A model generated the notes under the pieces. It saw only the letters and a program-made list of their open reading frames with translations, made no database searches and was not told the origin of the DNA. A DNA stretch of 64,000 bases from Cyanobacteria bacterium auto_48_18 (GTDB lineage: Bacteria > Cyanobacteriota > Vampirovibrionia > Obscuribacterales > Obscuribacteraceae). Shown piece by piece: positions 1 to 8,428 of this stretch (position 1 is its first letter; every line of letters begins with the position of its first letter). The translations under genes and the position numbers were made by a program. Where the stretch lies: contig JAVHQC010000001.1 of the NCBI GenBank assembly GCA_036170915.1, positions 44,972 to 108,971 of the forward strand, given 5' to 3'.

Positions 1-714
1 AATTTTGAGCAAATTTTCGAGCTGGTCGCGCATCTCTTCGGTCCAGGGCTCAGCGCCAAAGATGCCGATTTCAAGCTTAATAGACTCGCGCGGAATACCC
101 ATTTCGGCCATGGTGTAAGCCATGTTCAAAGCATACGAAGGAGTGGAAAGCAAAATGCGGGCACCAAAATCTTGCAGCAACATAATTTGTTGTTGAGTGC
201 GACCGCCGCTGGCAGGCACCACTGTGCAGCCTAATTTTTCGGCGCCATAATGCATACCAAGGCCGCCGGTGAATAAACCGTAGCCGTAGCTGTTGTGCAA
301 AATATCAGCTGGTTTGCCGCCACCACAGGCAAGTGCGCGAGCGCAGGCTTCGGCCCAGGTCTCAATGTCACCCCTTGTGTAACCAACAACGGTGGGTTTG
401 CCTTTAGTGCCTGAGCTGGCGTGCAGGCGATTGACGTCTTTAAGTGGCCGGGCGAAAAGTCCGAACGGATAATTGTCGCGCAAATCGCTTTTTTTCATGA
501 ATGGCAAGCGCGATAGCTCGGCCACACTTTTCATTGCTTCAATAGAACTGGCTGTGACACCACAGGCGGTGAAGCGTTCCTTTAAAAGCGGCACATTGTG
601 AAAAACGTCGAGCAGTGTAGCCTTGAGACGCTTCAGTTGCAGCGCCTCAAGGCCGGCGCGATCGATTGACTCGATGGCGCGATTCCACATAAACACTTCA
701 GACTTGGTAGTCAC
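1..714 (-). CDS. paaK: Phenylacetate-CoA ligase, N-terminal part (runs off the window edge)
   Basis: Not in the ORF track; manual translation gives MWNRAIESIDR...DLRDNYPFGLF...LHASSGTKGKPTVVGYT...YGYGLFTGGLGMHYGAEKLG...GIFGAEPW. Start is GTG at 714 or in-frame ATG at 690. Confidence 0.92.
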   Translation of the reverse strand, partial: MTTKSEVFMWNRAIESIDRAGLEALQLKRLKATLLDVFHNVPLLKERFTACGVTASSIEAMKSVAELSRLPFMKKSDLRDNYPFGLFARPLKDVNRLHASSGTKGKPTVVGYTRGDIETWAEACARALACGGGKPADILHNSYGYGLFTGGLGMHYGAEKLGCTVVPASGGRTQQQIMLLQDFGARILLSTPSYALNMAYTMAEMGIPRESIKLEIGIFGAEPWTEEMRDQLENLLKI

Positions 715-720
715 AGCTCT

Positions 721-760
721 TTAGTTTTTTGCCACTTAGTTTTTTGCCACTTAGTTTTTA
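721..760. repeat. 15-bp tandem repeat (ttagttttttgccac x2 plus a partial copy) overlapping the paaA stop codon
   Basis: 721-735 and 736-750 are identical; 751-760 (ttagttttta) is a partial copy. Confidence 0.9.
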
Positions 761-1506
761 GCTATTAGATCAATCGGTGGGCAAACCATACCGTAGCTGT
801 CAAAGAGCAATTTGATTTCGTTGTACCAGCTTGCGCGCACTTCTTGATTGTCTCTTTGTTTGATTTTGAATTTCTGGAAGGTCTTGTTGGTCTCGGTGTT
901 TGGTTTACCGAAAACTTTGTTGACCATAGGGAACCAGAAATCTAAAGCAGCTTGAATTTCAGGCTTGGTCTCAGGATTTGCAGCCATGCGCTTGACCCAG
1001 GTCTCGCCGTGTTTGACGTGCATCCACTCTTCTTTCTCAATTTGCACCATGGTGCGTGACCATGGGCCATAAGAAGACTCGGCGGCATCATGCAACTGGT
1101 GCCCAGCGGCGCGGTCCATCAAGAAGTTGAACATTACAAGGTCAGCCCAGGTCTTGATGGGCTCATAGAAAACTTTCATGCGATTTTTCATTTTGTCGAC
1201 ATTGATCAAATGATTGGTATCAACGTCCAATCTGTCGAGCAAATCGTACATAGCTTTAGCATGGCGAATTTCGTCTTTGACGATGTTTGCCATGGCCAGC
1301 TTTTCAGCGTTGGTGGGAGCGCCTTCGATCCATGGCACATAACCATAAGCTCCAGCCAATTCTGAATCAGCCTGGGCGATCATCAAAAGCAAAAGGGCTT
1401 GTCTGTACTCATCAGTCAGTTCTTCCGGCGATTCTAATTTCTCCCCGGCTTCAATCTTCGCCATCATTGCTTCATGTTTGGCTTTTTCGTCCATCACAAG
1501 CATCAT
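751..1506 (-). CDS. paaA: Phenylacetyl-CoA epoxidase catalytic subunit (PaaA/PaaC ferritin-like di-iron family)
   Basis: QADSELAGAYGYVPWI..APT, DEIRH and EEWMHV (two ExxH di-iron motifs); adjacent to paaK. AAGGAG RBS at 1511-1516 supports a start at 1506 or 1503. Confidence 0.8.
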   Translation of the reverse strand: MMLVMDEKAKHEAMMAKIEAGEKLESPEELTDEYRQALLLLMIAQADSELAGAYGYVPWIEGAPTNAEKLAMANIVKDEIRHAKAMYDLLDRLDVDTNHLINVDKMKNRMKVFYEPIKTWADLVMFNFLMDRAAGHQLHDAAESSYGPWSRTMVQIEKEEWMHVKHGETWVKRMAANPETKPEIQAALDFWFPMVNKVFGKPNTETNKTFQKFKIKQRDNQEVRASWYNEIKLLFDSYGMVCPPIDLIAKN

Positions 1507-1696
1507 AAATCTCCTTGCAAATAGGCTGTCTGAGAGGTTATACAGATAGGAATCATCTTGATTTCCTGTCAATCAATATATCACGCCAGGACTGCTACCC
1601 CTTTATTCTCAATGTTCTGTCTATTTTTCAAATTTGGGCTAAAGTCTGAATAGGTCAATAACTCTTTTTACTAGTTTACTAATTGGCGCTGAGCTA

Positions 1697-4600
1697 ATGG
1701 CATCCGATCACCCAGCCATACCAGAAACACCTGCCGGGCCGGCGGCCGCTCATGGCAAGCCATCGTTCTGGTCAGATCGCGTGCTCTGGATTTTAATCGC
1801 GCTTGCCGTGGTCGGTTTCAGCATCTATTTGAAACTCGACAAAAGAGTTTTCCCCGCGGCTTCCATCGATCTCAAGTACAGCCGCGAGCAAATTGCCGTC
1901 CAGGCTCGCGAGTATGCCAAGCGCTTTGGTTACGAACAAGCGCGACCGATTGAGTCCACAACATTCACCTTTTTTAACGAGAGCAAAACCTTCCTCGAAT
2001 ACGAACTGGGCCTAGACGAAGCCAATCGTCTAATGCGCGAGAAAATTCCCGTTTGGGCCTGGACCACCAGATTTTGCCAGCAGTATCAACTAGAGCAATT
2101 TAGAGTCTGGATTTCACCGCAAGGAAAGCTCATAGCATTTTCTCGCACCATTGAAGATGAGCGGCCAATGCCTACAATTTCTCACGCGGATGCCCTGGCA
2201 CAAGCGCAGGCTTTCTTGCAAAAAGATGTGCAGGCTCCGCTTGCGCATTTGAAACTTGTGCGTGATGAAACCACTACCAAAGCTCATCGCGATGATCACT
2301 CATTTACTTGGGAAGATGTCAGCCAAGACTATAAAGACGCAAAAATGCGTTATTTCATTGCTTTTTCCGGCAACAAGTTAACCGCTTATTCTTCTTTCCT
2401 ATCCATTCCCGATAAATGGACGCGCATGTACGCCAAGATGCGCTCCATGAACGATTTGCTGCAGAGTATAGCCAGTATTTTTTATGGCACTTTGCAGACA
2501 CTCGCCGTACTGGTTGTGCCCTGGGCCCTGACGCGCAAGCTGATGCGCTGGCGCTTTGCCATTTTTGGTGGGCTGGTCACCGCTCTGGTTGGCGCCTTTG
2601 ATTCGGTGAACGATTACGCTTCGGTGATTGATAGTTACAGCCCCACCAGCTCTTTTCGCGACTATTTGTTCTCTTATTATTTCCGTCAAGCTATAGCGTC
2701 GTTGAGCTCATTTGTCTCAGGTGCGCTCTTGTTTGGCGGCGCTGATGTGATTTATCGCTTGAGCTACCCCAAGCGCATTGCCCTCGAAAATTATTTGACC
2801 TTCAAAGGATTCGCCAGCCGCGAAGGCCGCAAAGCAGTGCTGATTGGCTACTGTGTTTTTGCCGTGCACTTAGGCTGGATTATCGCTTACTACATGATTG
2901 GCGAAAAACTCAAGTTCTGGTGCCCGCTTGGAGTTGACGACTATCAGCTGATGGGCAGCGCTTTGCCTTTCTTCTCAGCCATTTCTTTGGGTATTCATGC
3001 TGCTACTCAAGAAGAAACCATCGCTCGAGTTGTAGCCCTCAGTCTGGTGGAGAAACTAACAGGCCGCTTCTGGCTGGCCAACCTTTTTCAAGCGGCGTCC
3101 TGGGGCTTCATGCATAGCTCGTATCCGCAGCAACCTGCTTACGCGCGGGGCGTAGAGCTGACCATTGGTGGTCTATTTTATGGCTACATAATGCGCCGCT
3201 ACGGGCTTTTGCCTTGTTTCATCGGTCACTATTTGGTCGACGCTTTTTTAACCGTCAAACCGATTTTTTCTGCTTCCAGCCCGTGGCTTAATTTGTCTGG
3301 TTTCATACCAATAGTGCCTTTTGCCATTATTACCGTGGCCTCAATCTTGTATGACCGCTTCAAAAAAGCCCCATCACCAGCAGCCGCTCCACACCAAACT
3401 CATGACGAAGACCTGTTTAACGACGCTTTGCCCGTTCACCCTGTAGAGATTAAACCGCTTGAGGGCGAAGTCGAGGCTTATACTTACCAGCCTTTCAAGC
3501 AAAAGCTGCGCGTGATTTTAGCTGTGGTCGGCATTGTCGGAATATGTTTTTCATTCTGCACGAGCACGCCTTTGCCCGGCGACAAAAGCAGAGTGACCAT
3601 TGACCGCAACCACGCTATCAGTCGTGCTAAAGAAATACTGGCGAAAAACGGCATCGACCCCAGTTCTTATCGAGAAGTAGCGTCGCTGGTGACCAATATT
3701 TCTAGCGAAGAAATGCAATACATTTTTGAAAAAGAAAAACTGACGCGCACACTGGAGCTGGCCAGTAAGACCCAGCCGGGCTACATCTGGTCAGTGCGCT
3801 TTTTCAAAATTATGGATTCTACCGAGTATAAAGTGGAACTGTATGGCGACGGCCGCGAATATTCTTTTGATATCACTGAAGATGAAGACGCGCCTGGTGG
3901 CACGATTGATAAAGCGGCAGCAGAAAAAATCGCTCTGGCTTATGTGAAAAGAGTGCACCCTGAATACAAAGATGTGGTGCTCGATAAATGTTCGTGGGAC
4001 AAACGCAAGAACCGCACAGATTATGACGTTGCTTGCCTGGTACCGTCGCTTAAAGTGGGCGATGCTGACTACAAAATTTCATTGCAAGTTGTTGGCGCGC
4101 TGCCATGCAATTTTTCACAAGCCTGGCAAATTCCCGAACAGTGGTCGCTTGATCGCTCAAAGCAGACACGCAAAGATGCGGTTCTATCAAGCGTGCGATC
4201 GGTGGCCTATTTCATCATGGGTGCCTTTGGCCTCTGGTGGGGCATTGGCATTTTGCGCTCAGGCACCATTCGTTGGCGGCCTGCAGTTTTGATCGCTATA
4301 ATTTGCGGCCTGTTAATGGTGCCTGAAGAATTCAACCACTGGCCTGTACTCTGGAATAGCTACGAAACTTCCGTACCTGAAACCACTTTCTTACTCAGCC
4401 AGGTGCTACAGCTGATTACAAGCTGCTCAAGTAAAGTGGTTTCTACCTTTATATCAATTGCGCTGGCTTTAGCGGTCTACAAATTGATGTCGCCCAAGCT
4501 CAATGCTCTCACCATTGTCAAAGCGGCTTTCAGACCAAGCGGAGTGGCTCCACGTCTGGCCCAGCAGCAAATGTGGCTTGACGGCATTCTGGTGGCACTG

Positions 4601-5224
4601 GCCTGGGCCGCTGTGACTCAGACTAAAGATTCCATTCTTGATTTTATGCTGCACTGGTTCTCGCCTGAGGTGCGCACAGCTTCACTGGGTAGTCTCGCAA
4701 GCCTGACCGATTATGTTTTCCCGGTGGCTTCAGATCTGCTTGATTTGCTGCCGTCGCTGGTGGGCGCCATCACCATGGCGCTGCTCATGGCTGGCCTCTA
4801 CAACAAATATTTCCCGCGCTTTGGTCTGTTTTTGATTTTTGTTTTTGTTATGAACATGATCAAATACAGCTACGCCAGACACTGGCAAGACTTTGTCATT
4901 AACTTGATTGCTGACACGATTCAACAAATTATTTTCTGGTTCTTTGTGGCTAAGCTGGCTAAGTTCAATCCGGTGGCTTACCTGGTAAAAGTGATGATTG
5001 ATGATTCGCTGCCGCTTATTTATGTCATCTGGATTTTCGGCTGGCCTTGTTTTGCCCCCACATTTTTCTCACTGATAATTTACGTGCTCTCGCCACTGCT
5101 GTTGCTGGCCTACTACCGCGCTCGCAACGTGCGGCTACTGGCCTCGCTATCAGGTGAGCCCGTTGCCGAATCGATCATCTCAGCTGATACTACGGCTGGG
5201 GAACCGGGGGGCGAAAGTCCTTAA
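1697..5224 (+). CDS. Large CPBP (CAAX/Abi) family intramembrane metalloprotease with an internal duplication
   Basis: QEETIAR (EExxxR), WGFMH and GHYLVD motifs; many TM segments; two similar extracytoplasmic-plus-TM units. Confidence 0.8.
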   Translation: MASDHPAIPETPAGPAAAHGKPSFWSDRVLWILIALAVVGFSIYLKLDKRVFPAASIDLKYSREQIAVQAREYAKRFGYEQARPIESTTFTFFNESKTFLEYELGLDEANRLMREKIPVWAWTTRFCQQYQLEQFRVWISPQGKLIAFSRTIEDERPMPTISHADALAQAQAFLQKDVQAPLAHLKLVRDETTTKAHRDDHSFTWEDVSQDYKDAKMRYFIAFSGNKLTAYSSFLSIPDKWTRMYAKMRSMNDLLQSIASIFYGTLQTLAVLVVPWALTRKLMRWRFAIFGGLVTALVGAFDSVNDYASVIDSYSPTSSFRDYLFSYYFRQAIASLSSFVSGALLFGGADVIYRLSYPKRIALENYLTFKGFASREGRKAVLIGYCVFAVHLGWIIAYYMIGEKLKFWCPLGVDDYQLMGSALPFFSAISLGIHAATQEETIARVVALSLVEKLTGRFWLANLFQAASWGFMHSSYPQQPAYARGVELTIGGLFYGYIMRRYGLLPCFIGHYLVDAFLTVKPIFSASSPWLNLSGFIPIVPFAIITVASILYDRFKKAPSPAAAPHQTHDEDLFNDALPVHPVEIKPLEGEVEAYTYQPFKQKLRVILAVVGIVGICFSFCTSTPLPGDKSRVTIDRNHAISRAKEILAKNGIDPSSYREVASLVTNISSEEMQYIFEKEKLTRTLELASKTQPGYIWSVRFFKIMDSTEYKVELYGDGREYSFDITEDEDAPGGTIDKAAAEKIALAYVKRVHPEYKDVVLDKCSWDKRKNRTDYDVACLVPSLKVGDADYKISLQVVGALPCNFSQAWQIPEQWSLDRSKQTRKDAVLSSVRSVAYFIMGAFGLWWGIGILRSGTIRWRPAVLIAIICGLLMVPEEFNHWPVLWNSYETSVPETTFLLSQVLQLITSCSSKVVSTFISIALALAVYKLMSPKLNALTIVKAAFRPSGVAPRLAQQQMWLDGILVALAWAAVTQTKDSILDFMLHWFSPEVRTASLGSLASLTDYVFPVASDLLDLLPSLVGAITMALLMAGLYNKYFPRFGLFLIFVFVMNMIKYSYARHWQDFVINLIADTIQQIIFWFFVAKLAKFNPVAYLVKVMIDDSLPLIYVIWIFGWPCFAPTFFSLIIYVLSPLLLLAYYRARNVRLLASLSGEPVAESIISADTTAGEPGGESP

Positions 5225-6119
5225 GCGCTAAATCATGTTTAGCACCGTCTTTGTCTGTGACCACTAAGACCGGCTCAGAGACTACGAAATGGAAAACCGT
5301 AAATGGTTGCCTGTGATCTTTGCGCACCATATGCAATCGCAAAAGTGCGCTTTTAAGATGAGGAAGTTTGGCAGCTACATCAGTCTCAGGCATGATCGAG
5401 CCGTCAGCCAGGCGCACGGAGCCTGCGTCTTTAGGCGTTTGATAGCGGGCTACGTCGCTGCCGTAAAAGAGTTCCTTTTCAAGTTTATTTTGATCAGGTT
5501 TTTGCTGGTCTGGTTTAGTACTCTCTTGTGTTTGCGCTTGTGTTTTCGCTTTTTCAGCTTCAGCCCGATTGACTAAAATTTTCACCTGCTCGGGCTGGTC
5601 GGTGACGCCTTTTGCTAAGCCTGGACGCAGGCGCAGAGTCAGGGCCTTCCAGGCTTCATGGTCTGGATCTTTGAGAAAATCATCCAATTGCCCCTGGCTG
5701 ATTTCGTAACCGTAGGCCATGTCGAGGGGCAAAAACAGCGGCTCGTAGCCACGGTTGAAATGCATTGGCACATCGACTTCAAAATCTTCGGGCTGGTCAA
5801 GAGCGGTGGTGGCTTGAGCCTCGCCTTTCATTTTTTTGTAGGTAATCGGCCCAAATTCAAAAGGCTGGCCCACTAAAAAGGAGAGGTTGGGTTCTTCACC
5901 CGAACTATATATAAGGTAAGAAACCCAGCCCAGTTTTGCCGGGCAGCGGCAAATGTTGCCGCCAAAGGCCTCTACGGCTTTGGCATATTCGCCGTTCTGT
6001 ACATGTTTTACAAACTTTCGCGCATTATTTGTGGGGTCACCAGGCTTGTCACCGGCAAAGACCTGAAATAAGACAATGGCAAAACATAACAGTAAAAATA
6101 TGGGAAGCAATAACCTCAT
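5190..6119 (-). CDS. Hypothetical exported or membrane-anchored protein
   Basis: 309-aa ORF with a hydrophobic N-terminus (MRLLLPIFLLLCFAIVLFQVFA). Confidence 0.7.
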   Translation of the reverse strand: MRLLLPIFLLLCFAIVLFQVFAGDKPGDPTNNARKFVKHVQNGEYAKAVEAFGGNICRCPAKLGWVSYLIYSSGEEPNLSFLVGQPFEFGPITYKKMKGEAQATTALDQPEDFEVDVPMHFNRGYEPLFLPLDMAYGYEISQGQLDDFLKDPDHEAWKALTLRLRPGLAKGVTDQPEQVKILVNRAEAEKAKTQAQTQESTKPDQQKPDQNKLEKELFYGSDVARYQTPKDAGSVRLADGSIMPETDVAAKLPHLKSALLRLHMVRKDHRQPFTVFHFVVSEPVLVVTDKDGAKHDLALKDFRPPVPQP

Positions 6120-6187
6120 TACCTGAGTGTAACTTGGATTTGGCTGTGATACTATCCCGGTTTCTATCTCGTCAATGGGGCAATAGT

Positions 6188-7666
6188 ATGGACCTTCTTG
6201 GAAACGCCGGCATGTTGGCTAAAAATCTCACGCCACTGCTGCTTGGTTTAACCATTTTCGTCTTTCTTTTTGACCTCTTGCGCGGGCGCACCTGGTCAAC
6301 CCTTGAGCCCAACAAAGTATCTTCGCAAATAAAGCCCCTGGCCATCACTGCCCTTAGTGGTGCCATGATGCTCTTTATTTGTTCGCTGACCGGTCTGGTT
6401 TTAGAAAATGTGGCACCATATTATCTAGGCGGCATGTTGATTACTTATGTGCTGGCAACTTTGGCGCTTAAGCCGGCCATGCGCATGATGTTGCAACTTG
6501 CTTGTGCTGTGGCTTTGACCATGTTTGTGCCCAGCGAAAATTTAGAGCTGGCCGCCGCCGCTTATTTATTTGGTGCTTTAGCTATTCGCCTGGTTTTGAA
6601 TTTTCTCAAGCCTAAAGAATCGCGTCTTGATGATATTGCTCCGCCTTTTGTCTACCTGGCAGGCGCCATGTTTGTGCGTTGCGGCGCCACCGGATCTGGC
6701 ACCACTGCTCTGACGCAAATGGCCATGATCAATAGCGCTTTTATTATTGCTACTTTGATGACGCTCATGCAAAGACCGTTTATGCGTGACGACAAAATCT
6801 TGGTCAAGCGGCTTGTGTTGACACTTTCAGCTGGCCTGGCCTACCTCGTTATGGTGACTAAAGCTGTAGGCGCACCTGAGTATGCACGCATGGCCGCACT
6901 GGTGGGTGTGGGTTATGGTATGGCTTACGCCCTTGACGCGCTGGCCATCAAAAAAGATTGTGCTACTGGCGCGGTCAAACAAATTTTGATCATCGGCATC
7001 TTTAGTTTGCTGGCCGCTAAACTTTACGGTAACCTCGGCCTTACTTGTCTGGCAGCCGGTTGTATGGTGGGAAATTTTAGTCAAATTCCCGCTGCCGCAG
7101 CTTTATATTTTGGTGCCAGGGTGTTAGAGCAAGTCTTTGCTTACACCAATGTATCTAACGTCACCGGCATTAACCTCAATCACCCTTCAGTCAGTGCCGC
7201 AGTTTATCTCGGATTGTTTTCCGCTCTTGGTCTATCGGCTCTGCTAAAAGATGTGAGCGACCGCCGCATACTGGCAGCAGCTGCTGCTATTGCCGCAGCT
7301 TTCGGCACCTGTGCCGTTAGCTATCTATTGCACAGCGAAGCGGCGGGCGGATATCTAATTAGCTTGATCATCTCAGGAGTGATGGTTTCAATCATCGGTC
7401 AAAGTTTCTTCCCTGAAGAAGAAGAAAAAGCTGTCAACCTGGCTATTGTGCCGGCTTTAGCTACATCGTGCGCTGTTGTTTCGGCTTCGCTTTTAGCAGC
7501 TGGTGTCAGTGCCACCATAGAGCAACGCTTCACCGTACTTGGGGTCATGGCTGGTGCCGCTGTGCTGGCGTTGGTGGCAGTCTATTTAAAGAATCGCGGC
7601 AGCCAGGCCAGTAACGATAAGACTAATGGCGACTCAGGGCAACCGGTAGTTGTCGCGGGAGACTAA
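6188..7666 (+). CDS. Polytopic membrane protein of unknown function
   Basis: Almost entirely hydrophobic helices. ATG at 6188 avoids overlap with the divergent gene. Confidence 0.7.
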   Translation: MDLLGNAGMLAKNLTPLLLGLTIFVFLFDLLRGRTWSTLEPNKVSSQIKPLAITALSGAMMLFICSLTGLVLENVAPYYLGGMLITYVLATLALKPAMRMMLQLACAVALTMFVPSENLELAAAAYLFGALAIRLVLNFLKPKESRLDDIAPPFVYLAGAMFVRCGATGSGTTALTQMAMINSAFIIATLMTLMQRPFMRDDKILVKRLVLTLSAGLAYLVMVTKAVGAPEYARMAALVGVGYGMAYALDALAIKKDCATGAVKQILIIGIFSLLAAKLYGNLGLTCLAAGCMVGNFSQIPAAAALYFGARVLEQVFAYTNVSNVTGINLNHPSVSAAVYLGLFSALGLSALLKDVSDRRILAAAAAIAAAFGTCAVSYLLHSEAAGGYLISLIISGVMVSIIGQSFFPEEEEKAVNLAIVPALATSCAVVSASLLAAGVSATIEQRFTVLGVMAGAAVLALVAVYLKNRGSQASNDKTNGDSGQPVVVAGD

Positions 7667-8404
7667 GTCAGACTGACCGGCTTTAGAAGAGCCGGCTTTA
7701 AAAGATTCAGCTTTAAAAGATTCGGCTTTAAAAGTGCCAGCTTTTGTCGACTGGTCTAAATAGACTTCGACCAATAAATTGCGGCCATCAAATGCCAGTT
7801 CGCGCCTCCGCAATTTTCGGCTCTGAGCTTCATTGTGCATCTGGTCGGTGCCGTAGATTGCCACCACTAAATTGTCTGGGCCACTAGATGTGGTGCAGCG
7901 AATTTGCACAGGCTGTTTGTAAGGGTTAGTCAGTTTCAGATCGGCCTGGCCATACCAGACGGTGGCATCGAGTCCAGGAGGCACTGAGCCAACACAGGTT
8001 GTGTGAGCCGCCCGTTCTTTGATCTTAAGACCAGAGAGCAGGGCTGTCTGGTAGAGGCAAGAAGAAATTAGACAGATGCCACCACCAGCGCTGGCAACAG
8101 ATTTACCGCTGACATAGCTTGGTGCGGGCACAAAACCGCGACTGCCTGTGCGCGCGCCGACGCGGTTATTGAACGAAAAAGTCTGCCCAGGGTTAATGAC
8201 GCATCCATCAAGAGACCTGGCGGCGGTGATGAAATTGAGTCTTTGCTCACGTGAATAGTGGCTGAGCGAAACCGAGCGGTGAGCCAGTTCACTTTTAAAT
8301 GGATGGTCAACCAGATAATAAGTTAGCAAAATCACTGGCAGCGTAAAAAGAGCCAGAGTCATCAGGGGGATTTTGTTTAAAATCGGCGTTTTGATCATAT
8401 TCAT
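7634..8404 (-). CDS. VanW family protein
   Basis: LDGCVINPGQTFSFNNRVG, GGGICLISSCLYQTALLSGL, ERAAH, GLDATVWYGQADLKLTNP; N-terminal TM. Confidence 0.88.
   Translation of the reverse strand: MNMIKTPILNKIPLMTLALFTLPVILLTYYLVDHPFKSELAHRSVSLSHYSREQRLNFITAARSLDGCVINPGQTFSFNNRVGARTGSRGFVPAPSYVSGKSVASAGGGICLISSCLYQTALLSGLKIKERAAHTTCVGSVPPGLDATVWYGQADLKLTNPYKQPVQIRCTTSSGPDNLVVAIYGTDQMHNEAQSRKLRRRELAFDGRNLLVEVYLDQSTKAGTFKAESFKAESFKAGSSKAGQSDLVSRDNYRLP
7680..7745. repeat. 15-bp coding tandem repeat (KAGTF-KAESF-KAESF-KAGSS-KAGQS) in the VanW C-terminus
   Basis: gcttta(a/g)aag-N5 units start at 7680, 7695, 7710 and 7725. Confidence 0.85.
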
Positions 8405-8428
8405 GACATTCTGGCCCTATTCACTAAC

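Noticed and set aside
5936..6187. Extended start of the membrane protein
   Set aside because: It overlaps the divergent gene and does not look protein-like.
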